Positions 25,001-37,138 of a stretch of DNA of 64,000 bases are shown here, in pieces; the stretch's first letter is position 1; each line of letters begins with the position of its first letter. The notes below the pieces were generated by a model. The model ran no database searches, had not been told where the DNA came from, and saw only the letters and a list, made by a program, of their open reading frames with translations. The position numbers were made by a program, and so were the translations under genes. Location of the stretch: contig CATNEN010000029.1 in the NCBI GenBank assembly GCA_950097015.1, positions 434,001 to 498,000 of the forward strand. The letters are read 5' to 3'. Origin of the DNA: Macrostomum hystrix (taxonomy: Eukaryota > Animalia > Platyhelminthes).

Positions 25001-28000
25001 CTGTTAGACACCTGCTGACACTGTTAGACACCTGCTGACACTGTTAGACACCTGCTGACACTGTTAGACACCTGCTGACACTGTTAGACACCCTGCTGAC
25101 ACTGTTAGACACCTGCTGACACTGTTAGACACCTGCTGACACTGTTAGACGCCTGCTGACACTGTACACTGTTAGACACCTGCTGACACTGTTAGACACC
25201 TGCTGACACTGTTAGACACCTGCACTGACACTGTTAGACACCTGCTGACACTGTTAGACACTGTTAGACACCTGCTGACACTGTTAGACACCTGCTGACA
25301 CTGCTAGACACCTGCTGACACCTGCTGACACTGTTAGACACTGTTAGACAGCTGCTGACACTGTTAGACACCTGCTGACACTGTTAGACACCTGCTGACA
25401 CTGTTAGACACCTGCTGACACTGCTAGACACCTGCTGACACCTGCTGACACTGTTAGACACTGTTAGACAGCTGCTGACACTGTTAGACACCTGCTGACA
25501 CTGTTAGACACCTGCTGACACTGTTAGACACCTGCTGACACTGTTAGACGCCTGCTGACACTGTTAGACACCTGCTGACACTGTTAGACACCTGCTGACA
25601 CTGTTAGACACCTGCTGACACTGTTAGACACCTGCTGACACTGTTAGACACTGTTAGACACCTGCTGACACTGTTAGACACCTGCTGCCACTGTTAGACA
25701 CCTGCTGCCACTGTTAGACACCTGCTGACACTGTTAGACACCTGCTGACACTGTTAGACACCTGCTGACACTGTTAGACACCTGCTGCCACTGTTAGACG
25801 CCTGCTGACACCTGCTGACACTGTTAGACACCTGCTGACACTGTACACTGTTAGACACCTGCTGACACTGTTAGACACCTGCTGACACTGTTAGACACTG
25901 TTAGACGCCTGCTGACACTGTTAGACACCTGCTGACACTGTTAGACACTGTTAGACGCCTGCTGACACTGTTAGACACCTGCTGACACTGTTAGACGCCT
26001 GCTGACACTGTTAGACACCTGCTGACACTGTTAGACGCCTGCTGACACTGTTAGACACCTGCTGACACTATTAGACGCCTGCTGACACTGTTAGACACTG
26101 TTAGACGCCTGCTGACACTGTTAGACACCTGCTGACACTGTTAGACACCTGCTGACACTGTTAGACACCTGCTGACACTGTTAGACACTGTTAGACACCT
26201 GCTGACACTGTTAGACACTGTTAGACACCTGCTGACACTGTTAGACGCCTGCTGACACTGTTAGACACCTGCTGACACTGTTAGACACCTGCTGACACTG
26301 TTAGACGCCTGCTGACACTGTTAGACGCCTGCTGACACTGTTAGACACCTGCTGACACTGTTAGACACTGTTAGACACCTGCACTGACACTGTTAGACAC
26401 CTGCTGACACTGTTAGACACTGTTAGACACCTGCTGACACTGCTAGACACCTGCTGACACCTGCTGACACTGTTAGACACTGTTAGACAGCTGCTGACAC
26501 TGTTAGACACCTGCTGACACTGTTAGACACCTGCTGACACTGTTAGACACCTGCTGACACTGCTAGACACCTGCTGACACCTGCTGACACTGTTAGACAC
26601 TGTTAGACAGCTGCTGACACTGTTAGACACCTGCTGACACTGTTAGACACCTGCTGACACTGTTAGACACCTGCTGACACTGTTAGACGCCTGCTGACAC
26701 TGTTAGACGCCTGCTGACACTGTTAGACACCTGCTGACACTGTTAGACACCTGCTGACACTGTTAGACACCTGCTGACACTGTTAGACACTGTTAGACAC
26801 CTGCTGACACTGTTAGACACTGTTAGACACCTGCTGACACTGTTAGACACCTGCTGCCACTGTTAGACACCTGCTGCCACTGTTAGACACCTGCTGACAC
26901 TGTTAGACACCTGCTGACACTGTTAGACACCTGCTGACACTGTTAGACACCTGCTGCCACTGTTAGACGCCTGCTGACACCTGCTGACACTGTTAGACAC
27001 CTGCTGACACTGTACACTGTTAGACACCTGCTGACACTGTTAGACACCTGCTGACACTGTTAGACACCTGCTGACACTGTTAGACACTGTTAGACGCCTG
27101 CTGACACTGTTAGACACCTGCTGACACTGTTAGACGCCTGCTGACACTGTTAGACACCTGCTGACACTGTTAGACACCTGCTGACACTGTTAGACGCCTG
27201 CTGACACTGTTAGACGCCTGCTGACACTGTTAGACACCTGCTGACACTGTTAGACACTGTTAGACACCTGCACTGACACTGTTAGACACCTGCTGACACT
27301 GTTAGACACTGTTAGACACCTGCTGACACTGCTAGACACCTGCTGACACCTGCTGACACTGTTAGACACTGTTAGACAGCTGCTGACACTGTTGGACACC
27401 TGCTGACACTGTTAGACACCTGCTGACACTGTTAGACACTGTTAGACACCTGCTGACACTGTTAGACACTGTTAGACACCTGCTGACACTGTTAGACACC
27501 TGCTGCCACTGTTAGACACCTGCTGCCACTGTTAGACACCTGCTGACACTGTTAGACGCCTGCTGACACTGTTAGACACCTGCTGACACTGTTAGACACC
27601 TGCTGACACTGTTAGACACCTGCTGACACTGTTAGACACTGTTAGACACCTGCTGACACTGCTAGACACCTGCTGACACCTGCTGACACTGTTAGACACT
27701 GTTAGACAGCTGCTGACACTGTTGGACACCTGCTGACACTGTTAGACACCTGCTGACACTGTTAGACACCTGCTGACACTGCTAGACACCTGCTGACACC
27801 TGCTGACACTGTTAGACACTGTTAGACAGCTGCTGACACTGTTAGACACCTGCTGACACTGTTAGACACCTGCTGACACTGTTAGACACCTGCTGACACT
27901 GTTAGACGCCTGCTGACACTGTTAGACGCCTGCTGACACTGTTAGACACCTGCTGACACTGTTAGACACCTGCTGACACTGTTAGACACCTGCTGACACT

Positions 28001-29371
28001 GTTAGACACTGTTAGACACCTGCTGACACTGTTAGACACTGTTAGACACCTGCTGACACTGTTAGACACCTGCTGCCACTGTTAGACACCTGCTGCCACT
28101 GTTAGACACCTGCTGACACTGTTAGACACCTGCTGACACTGTTAGACACCTGCTGACACTGTTAGACACCTGCTGCCACTGTTAGACGCCTGCTGACACC
28201 TGCTGACACTGTTAGACACCTGCTGACACTGTACACTGTTAGACACCTGCTGACACTGTTAGACACCTGCTGACACTGTTAGACACTGTTAGACGCCTGC
28301 TGACACTGTTAGACACCTGCTGACACTGTTAGACACTGTTAGACGCCTGCTGACACTGTTAGACACCTGCTGACACTGTTAGACGCCTGCTGACACTGTT
28401 AGACACCTGCTGACACTGTTAGACGCCTGCTGACACTGTTAGACACCTGCTGACACTATTAGACGCCTGCTGACACCTGCTGACACTGTTAGACACCTGC
28501 TGACACTGTTAGACACCTGCTGACACTGCTAGACACCTGCTGACACCTGCTGACACTGTTAGACACTGTTAGACAGCTGCTGACACTGTTAGACACCTGC
28601 TGACACTGTTAGACACCTGCTGACACTGTTAGACACCTGCTGACACTGTTAGACGCCTGCTGACACTGTTAGACGCCTGCTGACACTGTTAGACACCTGC
28701 TGACACTGTTAGACACCTGCTGACACTGTTAGACACCTGCTGACACTGTTAGACACTGTTAGACACCTGCTGACACTGTTAGACACCTGCTGCCACTGTT
28801 AGACACCTGCTGCCACTGTTAGACACCTGCTGACACTGTTAGACACCTGCTGACACTGTTAGACACCTGCTGACACTGTTAGACACCTGCTGCCACTGTT
28901 AGACGCCTGCTGACACCTGCTGACACTGTTAGACACCTGCTGACACTGTACACTGTTAGACACCTGCTGACACTGTTAGACACCTGCTGACACTGTTAGA
29001 CACTGTTAGACGCCTGCTGACACTGTTAGACACCTGCTGACACTGTTAGACACTGTTAGACGCCTGCTGACACTGTTAGACACCTGCTGACACTGTTAGA
29101 CGCCTGCTGACACTGTTAGACACCTGCTGACACTGTTAGACGCCTGCTGACACTGTTAGACACCTGCTGACACTATTAGACGCCTGCTGACACTGTTAGA
29201 CACTGTTAGACGCCTGCTGACACTGTTAGACACCTGCTGACACTGTTAGACACCTGCTGACACTGTTAGACGCCTGCTGACACCTGCTGACACTGTTAGA
29301 CACCTGCTGACACTGTTAGACGCCTGCTGACACTGTTAGACACCTGCTGACACTGTTAGACGCCTGCTGAC
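25001..29371. repeat. About 4.4-kb minisatellite built from two 10-bp subunits (20-bp period), starting at a MADD splice donor
   Basis: GACACTGTTA + GACACCTGCT, with irregular subunit order and recurring rare variants. Confidence 0.97.
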
Positions 29372-32016
29372 TAACATTCTGTCCGCCAAAAAATTGCAGG
29401 CATCAAAGTTCGTGGCGCCCAACTCACCCTGAAATTTTCCGCTGAGTTTAGTCGGTTTGACTGCCCATCAACAATATTGACGATTGGTCGGTGATTGCAT
29501 ACAGAGTTTCACAATGCTTACTATTAGTAGCATGTTGCGCATGTTCTGCGTTATTTTTCTTGGTTGCTTTTTGGCACACTCTAAGCTTCTGCATACTGAT
29601 AAAGTACGAGTGACGAGTGACAGTCTTAGTGACAGCGCAATTTTATTTTCTAGTCCGAATAGTTTCTACAGTTGGCCCTATTTATTAGTGGCTGAAAAAC
29701 AGTGACTAAAGCCGGCCAAGTTTTCAGATTTTTCCTAAATAACAGTAGAAAGACAACGCTATTTCACCCCCCGGGAAAATTTTCCTTTGTTTTGTGATTC
29801 TTGAATTTGTTTCATAGTTGAATAGTTTGGGAGTTGCAGAAAAATATGGGCATTTCAAGTACCCCGTGGTCTTCCTACTGTTAAGTACTTTCAAAGCTAC
29901 TGTGAGTAGAGACGTGAATTTATTTTTTATTTATTGCATCGTTTGAATCAACATTCCGGCATGAAATTTTCGCTTTTTCACTTTACGGTAAAGGAGGATT
30001 TTATTTCAGAATTTATTTATTTCTTGTTGTTATGTCACTCTGTGACAGTTGTAGGTGTTGGCGTTGCGTGTCCTGACTAGATCAGGATCCTGACTAAATT
30101 ACCATTGTCTATGTTTCTGCATGGCTCAACTTATGACATGTCCACTGAGCATAATATTAGGACATGAACGATTCCTTACATTTTATCATTCCATGTTGTG
30201 TTATTGTTTATTAATTATGAGTACTAAATCATGTAAACAGTTTTACGCAGATTTTTTGCCTATTTTTTCGACTGATTGCAAACGGACAGGTAATTCTAAA
30301 AGTTTAATGTAAATTGTTCTTGAAAGAAGAAGTCTCTACTTTTTTAAACCCCAGGTTGGTGTATTCTAAAAATAGCTCTTTCATTTTTGCTCAGCTGCTG
30401 ATTGGCTGATGCGGTCATGTGACGCGCGAACACAAACCACTCGAATATTCTCTATCCCTCAGTGTACATTCCAAAATGTACATTACTTCCAACCTGAGGC
30501 TTTCCATCTCTCCTAACACTCGCAGTCCAATGTACAATGTAGAGATATTCAAGTGAGAAAACTTAATTGTCCTTGTTTATAAATAGCCTTCGTAGTTTAT
30601 CGTCAGAGAAATCATATAAAAACACTTTTTAATGCTTCTGTGATACCTTGAACTGCTGTCAAACCTATACCTTAATCTATAAGCAATTCTTTGCCATTTA
30701 GCTTCTGTAATAACATTTTAAGCCAACTGTTATTCTATTATCCTAAACGGTTGTAAACATTTATTTTAACTGCTATTTTTGACCCTGTAAATTAAATTAA
30801 TCGCTATGCTCAATTTTTTGGTGTTGGTCAGCTCTCTGTTTCGTTATAATCGTATATAGGTATTTTAAAAGAACAATAAGGCTTTCTAACTAACCATGTA
30901 ACCAAGCTGAGCATTGTGCATAATATTTTTCCCTTTTTAATCTGGGCATTATAGATTGAAGTCACACGCATTGCCAGTACGCACTGTTATAATTTTCTCA
31001 AATTACCAACCCTCGAAGCTTTGAATGTGCGGTTCGGAGTTGCCTATAGGCTACTGCTGCAGCAGGATTTTCTCTCCCCAGAGATTTTTTTCCTCTTCTC
31101 ACAGACACAAAGTCTACGCAATGCTACACATGCGCCTAGTGCACACATACACACAATTCCTCAGATTCATTCGTTATTAACTGACCTATATAATAGAATC
31201 TGCTATTATAACGATGCTATTGTCATTTTTCAGCAAAACAGGCACTGATCTTTGCGTTGCAGCCTTGGAAATGATTTTTTGTCTATTTTTTAACGTGATC
31301 TACTTGAGAACAAATTTTGCATTTTATCTAGGTTGGTTTTAAAATATCTGCATAGGGATTTGGGATAGTTTGGGATGATAATACAGCCGCAACTCTATTT
31401 ACAACTGTTCAGTCCATGGACTGGTTTTCTTTAAAGGCATAAACTGTCTTTTTTGGACTGGGTTTCGAACTCTCGACCTCTAGGTTAACAGTAGAAAGAC
31501 CATCGTAACAATCGTAACAATGTTTGCACGATGAAATTTTATGAGCACAGAAAATTTTTTCCATCAGACAAGACGAGAATCGAGAATAGCCTGAAGTACA
31601 GCAAAACAGTAGACTGTCTTCTTTCTACTGCTCATAGTCTGAAACTCTACCCTCCAAAACTGAGGTGTATTCACTCGCTATTCTCAGCCTATCTGCAGTT
31701 TCGCCAGTGTGGGGGTCCAACCACTGCGTTGGATTTTGAGATATTTTGCATTTTTCACTCGCACACCCTGACACGCCGATATGCCACACCTGAAGGCTTT
31801 GCAATTGTTAAAAGAATCTTCATGGGGCCTGGCCATTGTCACCCTTCATTATCTTTCGGTCTACTGTCTTTCTGTTTTTCTTTCGCTCGAAGATTGTGTC
31901 TTCTATTCCTAGACCAAAGCGAGTATTTGAGATGCAGTTAAATAAGTAAGAAATTACAAAAAGCAACAGAAGAAAGACACAGCTGGGTTGAGCAGAGTAC
32001 TCAAAATTCCCAGAAT

Positions 32017-33846
32017 ATGCAGTGTTCTCAGAATATACACATTTTATCTGAGCTGCTGCCGCTGCTGCTGCTGCTGCTAGGCAGCTTGTCCGGGCCAGCC
32101 GCTGCAGATGAGGCGGACTTTTCCGATCACATCACCTGCTACGAGTGCGAAGGCCAGTTTGACAACAGCACCTGCAGCTCACCCGGTCTTGACATCGACC
32201 GAGTGCTCAACCAGGTCTGAGCTCACTGTTGGAAGGCTGGGCGATGGGATAGGAGGGACTGAAGATTGGGGAGATTTTGTAGGGAGAGACTGAAGATTGG
32301 GACGATTTTGTAGGGAGGGACTGAAGATTGGGGACTTTTTGTAGGGAAGGACTGAAGATTGGGGAAATTTAGTAGGGAAGGACTGAAGATTGGGACGATT
32401 TTGTAGGGAGGGACTGAAGATTGGGACGATTTTGTAGGGAGGGACTGAAGATTGGGGAGATTCTGTAGGGAGGGACTGAAGATTGGGGAGATTCTGTAGG
32501 GAGGGACTGAAGATTGGGGAGATTCTGTCGGGAGGGACTGAAGATTGGGGAGATTTTGTAGGGAGAGACTGAAGATTGGGACGATTTTGTAGGGAGGGAC
32601 TGAAGATTGGGGACATTTTGTAGGGAAGGACTGAAGATTGGGACGATTTTGTAGGGAGGGACTGAAGATTGGGGAGATTCTGTAGGGGGGAGATTCTGTA
32701 GGGAAGGACTGAAGATTGGGACGATTTTGTAGGGAGGGACTGAAGATTGGGGACTTTTTGTAGGGAAGGACTGAAGATTGGGGAAATTTAGTAGGGAAGG
32801 ACTGAAGATTGGGACGATTTTGTAGGGAGGGACTGAAGATTGGGGAGATTTTGTAGGGAGAGACTGAAGATTGGGACGATTTTGTAGGGAGGGACTGAAG
32901 ATTGGGGACATTTTGTAGGGAAGGACTGAAGATTGGGACGATTTTGTAGGGAGGGACTGAAGATTGGGGAGATTCTGTAGGGGGGAGATTCTGTAGGGAA
33001 GGACTGAAGATTGGGACGATTTTGTAGGGAGGGACTGAAGATTGGGGACTTTTTGTAGGGAAGGACTGAAGATTGGGGAAATTTAGTAGGGAAGGACTGA
33101 AGATTGGGACGATTTTGTAGGGAGGGACTGAAGATTGGGGACATTTTGTAGGGAGGGACTGAAGATTGGGGACTTTTTGTAGGGAGGGACTGAAGATTGG
33201 GGACATTTTGTAGGGAAGGACTGAAGATTGGGGAGATTCTGTAGGGGGGAGATTCTGTAGGGAAGGACTGAAGATTGGGACGATTCTGTAGGGAGAGACT
33301 GAAGATTGGGGAGATTCTGTAGGGAAGGACTGAAGATTGGGACGATTCTGTAGGGAGAGACTGAAGATTGGGGAGATTCTGTAGGGGGGAGATTCTGTAG
33401 GGAAGGACTGAAGATTGGGACGATTCTGTAGGGAGAGACTGAAGATTGGGGAGATTCAGTGGGAAGGACTTCAGAAGGGGCGAATTCTGTTGGGAGGGGA
33501 CTAAATGTTAATATGTTTTCATTCCTGAAACACTAAAAACGACCTCGCAAATTTCTCGCTGATTCTGAGTGAACTCTCGCTCTAACACCCTCGCCAGGTA
33601 TCCTGCGTCCGCGGCGGCTGTCTGAAGTGGGCATTCTACCGCAACAGCAGGCTGCAGATTGTTCGCACCTGCAGCCTGCGCGTCAACATGTCCATCTACA
33701 CGCAAGCCGCCTGTCGGACCGAGCGCAACGGGAACGGCTTCATCTGCATTTGTCCGAACGACTTGTGCAATTCCGGCGATCGGCGAGGTCTTCAGCTGCC
33801 GCTGCTGACGCTGGCGCTAATTCTGGCGTTGAGGCTGTTGCCATAG
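32017..33846 (+). CDS. Ly6/uPAR (three-finger) family protein, likely secreted and GPI-anchored (quiver/sleepless-like), 2 exons, 148 aa
   Basis: Exon 1 (32017-32214) encodes a hydrophobic signal (LLPLLLLLLGSLSGPAAA) and ITCYECEGQFDNSTCS. Exon 2 (33598-33846) encodes VSCVRGGCLKW...RTCS...AACR...FICICPNDLCNSG followed by hydrophobic LQLPLLTLALILALRLLP*. The intron is phase-0 GT-AG. CxxC at the start and C-x-C-x-x-D-L-C-N at the end, followed by a hydrophobic tail, are the LU-domain hallmarks. Confidence 0.85.
32250..33480. repeat. 31-32-bp G-rich minisatellite filling the Ly6 gene intron
   Basis: Unit GACTGAAGATTGGGGAGATTTTGTAGGGAG(A/G). Confidence 0.95.
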
Positions 33847-33907
33847 ACCAGTTTCTGTCCCTGTTTTCATTCGTTAGTTATTCTCATTTTGGTACAGATG
33901 TTGATTG

Positions 33908-34702
33908 TGGGTCACAGTAGCTTATCTGTGAGAGATGGGTCACAGTAGCTTATCTGTGAGAGATGGGTCACAGTAGCTTATCTGTGAGAGATGGGTCACA
34001 GTAGCTTATCTGTGAGAGATGGGTCACAGTTGCTTATCTGTGAGAGATGGGTCACAGTAGCTTATCTGTGAGAGATGAGTCACAGTAGTTTATCTGTGAG
34101 AGATGGGTCACAGTAGCTTATCTGTGAGAGATGGGTCACAGTAGCTTATCTGTGAGAGATGGGTCACAGTAGCTTATCTGTGAGAGATGGGTCACAGTTG
34201 CTTATCTGTGAGAGATGGGTCACAGTAGCTTATCTGTGAGAGATGAGTCACAGTAGTTTATCTGTGAGAGATGGGTCACAGTAGCTTATCTGTGAGAGAT
34301 GGGTCACAGTAGCTTATCTGTGAGAGATGGGTCACAGTAGCTTATCTGTGAGAGATGGGTCACAGTTGCTTATCTGTGAGAGATGGGTCACAGTAGCTTA
34401 TCCGTGAGAGATGGGTCACAGTAGCTTATCTGTGAGAGATGGGTCACAGTAGCTTATCTGTGAGAGATGGGTCACAGTAGCTTATCTGTGAGAGATGGGT
34501 CACAGTAGCTTATCTGTGAGAGATGGGTCACAGTAGCTTATCTGTGAGAGATGGGTCACAGTAGCTTATCTGTGAGAGATGGGTCACAGTAGCTTATCTG
34601 TGAGAGATGGGTCACAGTAGCTTATCTGTGAGAGATGGGTCACAGTAGCTTATCCGTGAGAGATGGGTCACGGTAGCTTATCTGTGAGAGATGGGTCACA
34701 GT
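33908..34702. repeat. 28-bp minisatellite about 60 bp downstream of the Ly6 stop codon
   Basis: Unit GGGTCACAGTAGCTTATCTGTGAGAGAT, highly homogeneous. Confidence 0.97.
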
Positions 34703-35449
34703 TGGCAGTCTTCTATACTATAAGTAATAGCCTATTTATTTTTTATTTCACATGTTATTTTTTTGCTATATAAAAATACAATTCCGCATTTCATACTTTA
34801 GTTCGAACTCGCTAGAATAACCATGGACTGTGCTCAACTTTTTTTCTACCCGGAATGCCAAGTTAAACAATGGACCACTTTATTAGTATTTTTTAAGTGG
34901 CTGACTTATTAGGAAAGACTGGGACGGGTAGATAGACTACAAGCAAATTTTTTCTCCCAATATCGGGAAATGAGCAGTCTGAGACTATTTTCAAATAGGT
35001 TTCAACTGGTTTTGCGAATCGATTCGAGTTGAATTGGGGTCTGGAGTGGGGAGTACGGGATTGCTAAAAAATGAAAATAAGCGCGAGAGAAACTGACAGA
35101 CGAGACGCGGAGCCCAGGTAAATAATGAGGATAAGACTGCGCCCGCCAACCACCGCCATGGAGATAAAACTGCGTGTCTAATATTGAAACTATATGGAGC
35201 AAACGGTGCAGCCATTGCCAGTCTGGGATGACAACAGAAATATGCGAGCCTATCTTTGTTGTGTGCTCAAACTCAAACTTATATTTGTTTTCTACTGGCT
35301 TTTATTGCGGCCCTGTGTGTCAATTTGAGCAAGAAGTTTTTTATTAACTGACATGTTTTAAATCTAATTGAAAGCAGATCGAATGTCCTATGAGTTGTTA
35401 TTGACAAATACGTATAGGTTCTTATTCGAGTGTAATTATTAAGAATCTA

Positions 35450-36200
35450 CTGAATGATCAGGGAAATGTCTATGGAGTACACTGAAGGATGTGGGAAATG
35501 TCTATGGAGTACACTGAAGGATCTGGGAAATGTCTATGGAGTACACTGAATGATCTGGGAAATGTCTATGGAATCCATTGAAGGATCTGGGAAATGTCTA
35601 TGGAATACACCGAAGGATCTGGGAAATGTCTATGGAATCCATTGAAGGATCTGGGAAATGTCTATGGAATACACTGAATGATCTGGGAAATGTCTATGGA
35701 ATCCATTGAAGGATCTGGGAAATGTCTATGGAATACACTGAATGATCTGGGAAATGTCTACGGAATACACTGAATGATCTGGGAAATGTCTATGGAATGC
35801 ACTGAATGATCTGGGAAATGTCTATGGAATCCACTGAAGGATCTGGGAAATGTCTATGGAATACACTGAATGATCTGGGAAATGTCTATGGAATACACTG
35901 AATGATCTGGGAAATGTCTATGGAATACACTGGATGATCTGGGAAATGTCTATGGAATGCACTGAATGATCTGGGAAATGTCTATGGAATCCACTGAATG
36001 ATCTGGGAAATGTCTATGGAATCCACTGAATGATCTGGGAAATGTCTATGGAATCCATTGAATGATCAGGGAAATGTCTATGGAATACACTGAATGATCA
36101 GGGAAATGTCTATGGAATCCATTGAAGGATCTGGGAAACGTCTATGGAATCCATTGAATGATCTGGGAAATGTCTATGGAATCCACTGAATGATATGGGA
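35450..36200. repeat. 32-bp intergenic minisatellite
   Basis: Unit GGGAAATGTCTATGGAATACACTGAATGATCT. Confidence 0.95.
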
Positions 36201-37138
36201 AATAATGGGATCTGCTCGCTGTAAATCCTAAAAATTCCCGTCCCACATTGATAGATTTACAACTGTCGAGCAATCGGATGGGGTCAAAGGCCGAGTGGCT
36301 TTGCTGAGCTGAAGGTCACACTGTTTCGCTCCGCCCATGCCGTCCCGTCAGTCAACCGGCCTGGCAAACTCCCCAAATTAAATATTAGACGAGAGTTCTG
36401 TAGAACAGTAAATATAAGTGGATGTTGAGCAGTCTATGCTCAACTGGTGAACAGGTTGCTATAGAATTTGCCTTCATATGTCAGTCAGTTCCGGGGCCTA
36501 GTAGCACAATGTGTAGTTAGTTTCGCTTAAGAACAAGTGGGGGTGGGGTGTGCCGGAACCTGTCAAAAATTCTCCCTCGTGAGGCCTCAGGTGCGGAGTT
36601 CACAGACTCAATAGTCTATGTGGGGAGAAAAAACATGGCCCGTGTGTGCCTTTCCAATCGGTTGACAATGAGCTCCCAAGTCTACTTGGCGGTAAAATTT
36701 GTTGCTCCATTATTCTCTTCTCTTATCTTGCCGACACTCGAAATCCCATTCGCTACTCCCCCAGGCCTAACCCAATCAAACTCCACCCGACACTTCATTG
36801 CCCCATTTGCTACACTTCTCAAACAATAGCAACGTTATGAGATTTCTATCTACTTTAGCTTTGAGCACAGCTATAAAATATTCTACTACGATATGTTTTC
36901 TTTAGAAATTTCACAAAGCTGTTTTGTCTGCCCGAGGCAGCCACCCCCCCCCTGCGCTGTGGGGTGCCCGTAGCCTCCCTGGGGTCCGCAGCCAATCACC
37001 GCCCAAACACTCTGCCGCATCATTGGCGCTCCCGAAATGCGGCCCTAGAAGTATGCATGCTCAACTCAACCATTCTCAAATTAGGAAGCGAAAATTGAAG
37101 GAAACACAACGAGAACCGTTATCAGAAACTGATTACCT

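Noticed and set aside
29484-31941. Short ORFs in AT-rich intergenic DNA (29484, 30121, 31021, 31531; also 7184, 34991, 40740, 51247)
   Set aside because: No recognisable motifs, no GC-rich codon usage like the real exons, and no splice-consistent partners.
33908-34702. CRISPR-like array (28-bp palindromic repeats; also the 55-bp hairpin array at 56998)
   Set aside because: Units are directly adjacent with no unique spacers, there are no cas genes, and the context is eukaryotic.
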